Below the pieces are notes generated by a model, which was not told where the DNA came from, did no database searches, and saw only the letters and a program-made list of their open reading frames with translations. Of a stretch of 24,168 nt of DNA, positions 17,971 to 24,168 are shown one piece after another. The stretch comes from a virus (taxonomy: Duplodnaviria; Caudoviricetes), in the IMG/VR virus record IMGVR_UViG_3300016478_000249, positions 1 through 24,168 of that record; one strand, given 5' to 3'. A program made the position numbers and the translations under genes. Position 1 is the stretch's first letter, and every line of letters starts with the position of its first letter.

Positions 17971-18687
17971 TTAGCGTCCGAACAACCCACGTTTGATAGG
18001 TGTGCTTTCGCCTTTTTCTATTCCTTGTAACTTCAAGAACGTATCCACTGCTTCGTCACCTATGCCAAACATAGCTGCTTTAACGTTGTCACGTCCAAAA
18101 ATCGATTTGACCATCTCGTTTTGCACCTCTTCGTAAGATACAACTTCGGTGTTCTCGTTGTCCCCGAACGTAACGATTGAGATTTCACGTAGTATAACCT
18201 CGCCTACTAAGAAGTGACCGTCTTCGCCCTCTTGTTCCGAAGCAACGTACTTAGTAGCGCTCCAATTGTAACGGTAGCCGAAGCTTGCTTGGTTTAACGT
18301 ACCGTCTTGGACTTGATACCATGTGCGTTTTGCATTCGGTACTGCGTCGAAATCGGATAACTGTACCTTAACGTACGCTCCATTCTCGTCATCCCAAAAA
18401 TCAATAATACGTCCGATAGGGTCGTGTCGGTCGTGTTGCCATAGGAAGCCGATTTTACGGTTAGACGTTTTTGACTTTTCCCAGCTACTGTTGAAACAGC
18501 CTTGAACCATTTTGTCCCTGCTGTCGTCAATAGAGTTATAGTCAGCAAACTTTATGACTAGTATGTAACGCTTAACACCATCTACGTTCTCGATTAGGGA
18601 CTTGATACGGTCTTGTACGTCTCCTGCTGACCTTTTACGGAACAGCCCTGTATGTTGTCGCTCTTTTAAAGCTTTTGTATTGAACAT
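17971..18687 (-). CDS. Prohead maturation protease (HK97 family, S78/U35)
   Basis: FLWQHD...PIG (His), QASFGY (Ser) and LREISIV motifs; between portal and capsid. Confidence 0.93.
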   Translation of the reverse strand: MFNTKALKERQHTGLFRKRSAGDVQDRIKSLIENVDGVKRYILVIKFADYNSIDDSRDKMVQGCFNSSWEKSKTSNRKIGFLWQHDRHDPIGRIIDFWDDENGAYVKVQLSDFDAVPNAKRTWYQVQDGTLNQASFGYRYNWSATKYVASEQEGEDGHFLVGEVILREISIVTFGDNENTEVVSYEEVQNEMVKSIFGRDNVKAAMFGIGDEAVDTFLKLQGIEKGESTPIKRGLFGR

Positions 18688-18696
18688 GATTGCTTG

Positions 18697-20076
18697 TTAT
18701 GATGTTGTTATACGTATGTCATCTCTCTCTTTAGGGGCATTGGTAGCGGACTTTAACGTCTCCTTTTCTGGTATTTCGGCTGCATACCCTGCTGTTCGCC
18801 TGAACTCTTCACGTGTAATTACGTCACCGTTATATACAATGTGTAGCGCTTGTACGAGTTGTCGTAATGCGTTGTTCCGTTCTACGTTACCTGTTTGGAA
18901 AATCTGTAAGTGCGAGTAGTCGATTACTATTAATTCGTTGTCTACGTCCATACCGAACCACAGGGTAAGCTTTGCCGAAATGTCGTCAGCCAACGGGATA
19001 ATGTTATCTTGATACAGACCCGACATTGCAGTACGTTTGTCTGCTGCTGTCTTACCCTTTTCGCTCGACAATAAATCGAACGGGTAATTGTATTGGTCGC
19101 ATATCGCCATTATATTGCCACGTAGCCCCTCATGTAGCATAAGGTCTTTTACGTTGAACCCGATTGGCGTATATTTTACGCTGGCGTCCGTAACGTAGAC
19201 CTTGTCTTGGTCTCTACGTAAGCCGTATTTAGACTTAAATCTGTTTTGCAAGTTTTGCTTCTCCTCTGGTGTCATTGGCACGAAACCGAGTGCGTCCTTA
19301 GCTTCGTTACTGATGATACCTTGTGCGCCCCTGTCAGAGTTCAAGCTATAAATCGCTTCCTGACCTTGCAATATATTACGTATGTCATAGTATAGGCTTT
19401 TGATACGTACACCGTCTGGCTTACCTGTGACGCTTAACGTCTCTTCTGACGTATCAAATATCGGTAGTACTTGCCACGCTTTCGCTTCGAAGCTTTTAAC
19501 GCTTACTTTTGGTGTGATAACGTATTTCTCGATTAGGTCTTCTGGCTTCTGGGCTAGGTAGATACTATCTTTGTACTGTACGTCTACCTCTAGAGGTGAG
19601 AATACCCATATGTTCATAGCGTCCGTAAGTTTAGTAAATCCTGCTGGCACGGCAGCGTATATGAATGCTGCTCCATACGTTGCACGGTACTTGGCAACCT
19701 GTTTCAAGAAGTCAGCCATCGTCTGCATAGGGTTCGGACGTCTAAGTAACGAGACAATTTTTTCGTTCTTGCTCGTTGTCTTAGATACGTCTTCATCCAA
19801 ACTATTAACAATCTTAATTTTACCATTCATCAGAGCTTCCGCAATACGGTTGACTACTGCGCCTAATGGTGCGCAAGCCTTGTACGCATTGTAACAGTCT
19901 TCGAGGGAATTAAGTGCCAATCCAGCTTTTGGTACGTTAATACCGTTAGCGATTTTGTGGAACACGTTCTGGTAGTTAGACGCGTCAAAACCGCCAGCGC
20001 CATCCCAAAATTCCCCTAACGGGTAAATCTCGTTGGCGTAGCCGTTACGGAATGGTACTAATCCCTCGTTTTCCAT
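18697..20076 (-). CDS. Portal protein (HK97-like)
   Basis: 459 aa after terL; LLRRPNPMQT, YGAAFIY, ICDQYNYP, IIPLAD and ITREEFR motifs. Confidence 0.93.
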   Translation of the reverse strand: MENEGLVPFRNGYANEIYPLGEFWDGAGGFDASNYQNVFHKIANGINVPKAGLALNSLEDCYNAYKACAPLGAVVNRIAEALMNGKIKIVNSLDEDVSKTTSKNEKIVSLLRRPNPMQTMADFLKQVAKYRATYGAAFIYAAVPAGFTKLTDAMNIWVFSPLEVDVQYKDSIYLAQKPEDLIEKYVITPKVSVKSFEAKAWQVLPIFDTSEETLSVTGKPDGVRIKSLYYDIRNILQGQEAIYSLNSDRGAQGIISNEAKDALGFVPMTPEEKQNLQNRFKSKYGLRRDQDKVYVTDASVKYTPIGFNVKDLMLHEGLRGNIMAICDQYNYPFDLLSSEKGKTAADKRTAMSGLYQDNIIPLADDISAKLTLWFGMDVDNELIVIDYSHLQIFQTGNVERNNALRQLVQALHIVYNGDVITREEFRRTAGYAAEIPEKETLKSATNAPKERDDIRITTS

Positions 20077-20123
20077 GATACGTATTTAACTTTTGTGTAA
20101 AATCTGTGTTGAATTATAGACCG

Positions 20124-20155
20124 TAAATATACATATTTAATTCCATGTACGCAAG
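20124..20155 (-). promoter_or_regulatory. Bacteroidota-type promoter upstream of the portal (-33 CTTG, 20-nt spacer, -7 TATATTTA)
   Basis: Same geometry and flanking sequence as the promoter at 894-925; one mismatch to TAnnTTTG. Confidence 0.6.
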
Positions 20156-20183
20156 TAAATTAAACTTTATTAACTATCACGTA

Positions 20184-21503
20184 CTACCATAACCTGCCTT
20201 TTGTAAGCTCTGCGTACCGTCTCGCATCCATACAGTGGTTGGTTACGTCTATCGGTCTGTCCGTAGGGTTCTTGTTTGCGTCCAATGCCCACTTATACTC
20301 ACGGTACTCATGTGCAAAGTTATAACTATCGTCCGTAATATAGTTCTCATTGCTCTTGACAAGGTTTATACCGAAGTTTATACTGTTCTGCCCTTTTATC
20401 GTTGGGTGTATGTTGAAACGTAAGTCTGGGTAGCCCTCAATGTGCTGCCACCCTCTACGTAACTCTGCTATACGTAAGTCACCACCGTTACCCATGTCAG
20501 CTATCACAGTATCATTCTTATTCACGCCTACGTCACGCATGCGTTTAGCTAACATTACGTTGTCCATGTGCGGACTGTAAATAAGCTCCCTACAATAACG
20601 TTTATTACCCTCATACTTTATCTTCAACAACGCATTAGGGTCGATAGAGTACCCGAAGTCAATCGCATAAACGTATGGCAAGTCTAGGCTCTCGAATACT
20701 TCTGACGATATGAACTGCCAGCCGTTATAGATACGTCCTCTCGCTCCGTCAGTGATGTAACCACGTATAACCGTCCAGTAGTACTCTGGGTTCGTAATCT
20801 TGAAACTCTCAAACTTCTTTATAGTGGTAGGGTGTATGTTCCTCAAGTTGTCATAATACGTTCCCCATATCGACATGATGCCGCTCTCCGCCTTAGGTCG
20901 TGCACGATAGAACGTCTGATTGATACCACCGATTGGGATTATAAAGTCCTCAAGTATGTAGTCACGCCATATCCAATGTAGCTTTGACGGTGGGTTGAAG
21001 ATACGTATGATTTCGATGTCCGAAGCCTCCATAGTACGTAGTGATAAGTCCATCTGGTCGAACTCCAACTCTGGTATCTCGTCGGCTTCCTCAATAAGCA
21101 CGTGTGTTGCACCCTCTAACGATTTCATCGCAGCAGTACGTCCACTATCTTTCGCCACACCTTTCGAGAATATCATATTACCTGTTGGTAGGTACTTAAC
21201 CGCCATCTGGTTCTCATTAAACGCAAAGTCCTTTAAATTTATACTGTCGTTCTGACGTATACGGTCTTTCAATCCTTGATACAACGACAACCGTATATCA
21301 GACGAGGTATAACGTAGTAGATACCCACGAAAATACGCTGGTCTGGTGATTAGATATATAAAATAATCCGTGCCCGTGTGCGAACCACCACGACCACGAC
21401 CACCCCATAAGTCCTTATAACGTGCTTTCCCCTCATACAAACCCCTGTATTTCGAGTTTATGGGTACTTTTATATCACGTCCATTCCTTGCTGCTTGCTC
21501 CAT
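20184..21503 (-). CDS. terL: Terminase large subunit (PBSX/SPP1-like)
   Basis: P-loop WGGRGRGGSH, Walker B VLIEEADE, coupling motif IFNP, nuclease motifs IDFGYSIDP and NHCMDARRY. Confidence 0.95.
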   Translation of the reverse strand: MEQAARNGRDIKVPINSKYRGLYEGKARYKDLWGGRGRGGSHTGTDYFIYLITRPAYFRGYLLRYTSSDIRLSLYQGLKDRIRQNDSINLKDFAFNENQMAVKYLPTGNMIFSKGVAKDSGRTAAMKSLEGATHVLIEEADEIPELEFDQMDLSLRTMEASDIEIIRIFNPPSKLHWIWRDYILEDFIIPIGGINQTFYRARPKAESGIMSIWGTYYDNLRNIHPTTIKKFESFKITNPEYYWTVIRGYITDGARGRIYNGWQFISSEVFESLDLPYVYAIDFGYSIDPNALLKIKYEGNKRYCRELIYSPHMDNVMLAKRMRDVGVNKNDTVIADMGNGGDLRIAELRRGWQHIEGYPDLRFNIHPTIKGQNSINFGINLVKSNENYITDDSYNFAHEYREYKWALDANKNPTDRPIDVTNHCMDARRYAELTKGRLW

Positions 21504-21504
21504 A

Positions 21505-22176
21505 TTATTTACTTGTATTCTGTAACATTAATAACCTGCCGTGTAACGCTAAGTAATCTGCCCTTATCGCTGGTGAGTTCTCGTAGTCACGTGCGAACGA
21601 GTCCAACCGAGAACGTAATAATGGTTGACTGATGCCAAACATTCGCATAATCGTCACGGGATTACACTTATACTGTACGTACAATAAGTACATAAGCATC
21701 GTAACACATGCCGACGTTTCTATGTTCACTATCCGATTAGCAAACGCATTACGTCCACTCGTGTTCTTCTTACTCTCCAGCATCTCTTTAACCGCTATGA
21801 ACTCCAGCACGTCGATAATAGTTACGCCATAGTACCGAGTGACTATATCAATAACGTATAAGTACTCTGGGTGGAACGGAAAGCTCTCTCCGAGTATGTC
21901 GAGAATAGGTTTGTACGATATGTTGTTACGTACTTGCCTAAACTCTGAATTAGCTCCGAGAGCTTGGTTCAGACGTTGGTTCGACTTACTCACTCGCCTA
22001 AACTGTTGCTGGCGTACTGTCGGTCGTAAGTCTACACGTGTCGACTTCAAGTCTGCTATCGATGTGAGTACGGGCGTGCTGTCTCTTAACTTAGGAAAGC
22101 TCAACTCACCATTGTGGTTAAGCTCATTCGACGGTATGTAATCACCGCCACCACGTATCTTCTGTTTCTTTGCCAT
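21505..22176 (-). CDS. Putative DNA-binding protein with a DnaA C-terminal (domain IV)-like HTH
   Basis: C-terminal half VIDIVTRYYGVT...MLMYLL...IMRMFG...YENSPAIRADYLAL parallels the DnaA domain IV pattern; tightly packed between terS and terL. The ORF is solid; the domain call is by eye. Confidence 0.55.
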   Translation of the reverse strand: MAKKQKIRGGGDYIPSNELNHNGELSFPKLRDSTPVLTSIADLKSTRVDLRPTVRQQQFRRVSKSNQRLNQALGANSEFRQVRNNISYKPILDILGESFPFHPEYLYVIDIVTRYYGVTIIDVLEFIAVKEMLESKKNTSGRNAFANRIVNIETSACVTMLMYLLYVQYKCNPVTIMRMFGISQPLLRSRLDSFARDYENSPAIRADYLALHGRLLMLQNTSK

Positions 22177-22178
22177 AA

Positions 22179-22871
22179 TTAATCGTCCTGTTGTTGTATT
22201 CCATTACGTTCTCTATATGCTGCCATGTCGTCATGCCTTGATGAATAATTCGGTCTGTTGTCATACCCCGTTTCCTCGAACGTAGGTATTGGCGGTAGTG
22301 CCGGGTTATCGTTCATTGATTGCGGTAGCGCTTCGTTCGTAACATCGGTATAATCCGTAAACACCAACTCGTGACGTATGGCGTCCACTCGTGTTGCGTC
22401 TCTCGCTTCCTCTTCCTCTTGAATACCGAAGTTCTTACGTATCATACTTGCTGCTAAGTTTCCATTGTATATGCCTACGGCTGCACCGTTAAATATGTCG
22501 ACTGCGCAAGCGTCACATATATACTCGGCTACCGTGTTGTATTCTGCGTACGTGGGTGAACTCTCATTTGTATAGTTCAAAAAAGTTGCGTGCGACATTC
22601 TTACGTAAAGGCAAAACCCTTTCGTACTTAACGGTGCGTATTTCGGTACTTGGAAAAGTTTAGCTCCGTCCTTGATACGTATTAACTGTGTTGTCCAGAT
22701 GACACCGCCACCAGAACGCATGTAATCAACGTACTCATGGAACTTAACCAAGAGTTGGTCGGGTGAGTAAAGCTGTGCCAGCCCCTCACGTACTATTATT
22801 TGTGTGTAATCTGCCATGACGTAATCTATCTTGTGCGTGTGCGTAAATAATTGTATTCTTTTTGAACCCAA
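22179..22871 (-). CDS. terS: Terminase small subunit (P22 gp3-like); real start probably ATG at 22817
   Basis: PLSTKGFCLYV and DIFNGAAVGIYNGNLAA resemble the gp3 packaging-family motif; first gene of the packaging module. Confidence 0.8.
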   Translation of the reverse strand: MGSKRIQLFTHTHKIDYVMADYTQIIVREGLAQLYSPDQLLVKFHEYVDYMRSGGGVIWTTQLIRIKDGAKLFQVPKYAPLSTKGFCLYVRMSHATFLNYTNESSPTYAEYNTVAEYICDACAVDIFNGAAVGIYNGNLAASMIRKNFGIQEEEEARDATRVDAIRHELVFTDYTDVTNEALPQSMNDNPALPPIPTFEETGYDNRPNYSSRHDDMAAYRERNGIQQQDD

Positions 22872-22887
22872 AAATATAGCAAAAATA
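22869..22887 (-). promoter_or_regulatory. Two tandem -7 boxes (TATTTTTG) upstream of terS
   Basis: CAAAAATA on + at 22869-22876 and 22880-22887; no clear -33 element. Confidence 0.45.
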
Positions 22888-23085
22888 CGTTGGTAGGTGT
22901 TACCATTAACCTATTTTAACAGTCACGTGGTATCTGGTGGTCTGTGCTGGTTCGGTTGGGCGTGGGGTCTGGTGGGTTGCGTGGGGTGGTGTTAGGGTTT
23001 GTACGTTGTGTAATGTGGTACGTTGAATAGGTTTGTAGGTGTTAGGCGTTTTACGGTGCGAGAAAGGGGCAAATTTTATGATTTT

Positions 23086-23445
23086 GGGACAAAGTAATGG
23101 GACAGCTTTCGATACCTTGTCCCGTTTTGGCATATCTTGTCCCATAACGTAGGTAGTGTTAAGTGCTTGATTATCAGTGTTTTGAGCTTGATTTTAGCCG
23201 TCTATGGGACAACGGGACAACGGGACAAAGGTTTACTATAGCGTAAAAAATACAGCGAAAAAAAAATAAAAATATTTTCTTTTTAGCCATAAAAATAAAA
23301 ATAAAATCTTGTAATTTGGCGCAATAGCAAAAAATCTTGTCCCGTTGTCCCATAACGACTTAAATGATTGAAAATCAACACTTTACGATGGGACAAGAAT
23401 GGGACAAGCTATGGGACAAGATTTAAAACGTGGCTGAGTTGTCCC
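23086..23445. repeat. Iteron-like array: 13 GGGACA(A)/TTGTCCC boxes in both orientations around an A-rich core (candidate origin or packaging-initiation region)
   Basis: Forward boxes at 23086, 23099 (GGGACAG), 23206, 23214, 23222, 23390, 23401, 23413; reverse boxes at 23117, 23137, 23337, 23345, 23439. The repeat is directly seen; its function is inferred. Confidence 0.85.
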
Positions 23446-24091
23446 GTTACATGCCTATTTTTTGATAACATGTGGCACGTTTTAACGTGTGATTTGACAC
23501 CAAAAGTAACATATAAGGGGTCACCTTTTTAAAAAATTTCACGTATCGACCTTATAACTCCGTACGTTTTCACGGTAAAACTCCGTCCAATAGGTCAGAA
23601 AACACGTAAAAAGTACTACTTTTGGTACGTTTTTACCTTAAAAAACACGTACTTTAGAGGGTTAGCCCTTTTTTCACCGTAGGCTGTGACTGGGGGCTGC
23701 CGTGCCGTGCAAGCGAAAAAACGTAATTTGTCACTAAGGTACTGACGTTCAACCGTTTACACGTGCCTTGTTGTTGTTTGATACCGTTCGCCCTCGTCGG
23801 TCGTGTGGAAGGGCTGTATGTAGGTTGACCGTACTACGAAAAGTTCGTAGATGCTTGAGACGTACATACCGTATGCAGGCGCGTCAATTGCAGCCGTTAT
23901 ACGCTAAAACCCCTTAAACCGTACCCAATCCACGCCAAAAAACGTCAAAAACTACAAAAGTCCGTGACTAAAAACATTAAAACCGTAAAACGCCCTACCT
24001 AAATACGTAACACCCTAAAAATTAGCACCTTATCACGTACCCTTCTCGCACTTCTCACGTACTTAACATACATTAGTATGTAATTAACCAC

Positions 24092-24162
24092 ACCACAGGA
24101 CCACAGGACCACACGCCTACACGCCTACACGCCTACACGCCTACACGCCTACACGCCTACAC
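24092..24162. repeat. Tandem repeats: (ACCACAGG)x2 then (ACACGCCT)x6
   Basis: Directly visible: 24092-24107 and 24111-24158, with a partial unit after. Confidence 0.95.
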
Positions 24163-24168
24163 ATACAC

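Larger units (their letters stand above)
1..24168 (-). mobile_element. Tailed phage (Caudoviricetes, siphovirus-like) genome segment carrying packaging, head, tail and lysis modules; probable Bacteroidota host
   Basis: Co-oriented, tightly packed genes in terS-terL-portal-protease-capsid-neck-tail-TMP-lysis order. No host genes, integrase or att site visible, so prophage versus free phage cannot be decided. Confidence 0.96.

Noticed and set aside
1808-18548. Short alternate-frame minus-strand ORFs nested in genes (1808..2026, 6738..6923, 12597..12803, 12840..13043, 18294..18548)
   Set aside because: No lipobox, TM pattern or convincing leader; lengths are compatible with chance.
579-22141. 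Numerous plus-strand ORFs of 60-170 aa (e.g. 10275..10778, 16943..17449, 8367..8780)
   Set aside because: They lie antisense to well-supported minus-strand genes, have atypical Ser/Phe/Cys-rich composition and mostly non-ATG starts; treated as shadow ORFs.
22906-23145. 79-aa minus-strand ORF upstream of terS
   Set aside because: It starts inside an iteron and its T/P/H/Q-rich sequence merely reflects the skewed non-coding DNA.
23086-23445. GGGACAA repeats as a CRISPR array
   Set aside because: Repeats are only 7-13 bp, in both orientations and irregularly spaced; no cas genes are present.
23658-23674. AGGGTTAGCCCT followed by a T-run as a plus-strand terminator
   Set aside because: Stem is only 4-5 bp and there is no upstream plus-strand gene.
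1-24168. Stop-codon reassignment as in some Bacteroidota phages
   Set aside because: Genes are full length under the standard code, and TAG (1557, 6392, 20184) and TGA (428) end genes at sensible boundaries.
22872-24168. tRNA gene or attP site in the non-coding region
   Set aside because: No cloverleaf or T-loop consensus seen, and no integrase or host junction in the window to support an att call.

Overview
This window is a ~24 kb piece of a tailed dsDNA phage (siphovirus-type), probably infecting Bacteroidota. Host evidence is TAnnTTTG-type promoters, AT-rich leaders without Shine-Dalgarno motifs, and a BACON-like domain. All credible genes lie on the minus strand in classic late-operon order, read right to left: terS, an inserted DnaA-domain-IV-like gene, terL, portal, prohead protease, major capsid, neck/connector genes, two paralogous major tail proteins, tail completion/chaperone genes, tape measure, two tail-tip genes, then holin, amidase and a spanin-like gene. 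After a promoter come small unknown genes and a Pro-Ala repeat protein cut by the window edge. The ~1.3 kb non-coding right end holds 13 GGGACA(A) iteron-like boxes around an A-rich core, a G4-type motif, a structured segment and an 8-bp tandem repeat. The most unusual signals are: a DnaA-IV-like protein near DnaA-box-like repeats; strong ACGT enrichment with apparent absence of GATC; a membrane-anchor-like extension on the capsid protein; a Walker A without lysine in TerL; and duplicated tail tube genes. All calls come from reading motifs and gene order by eye; no searches were run.
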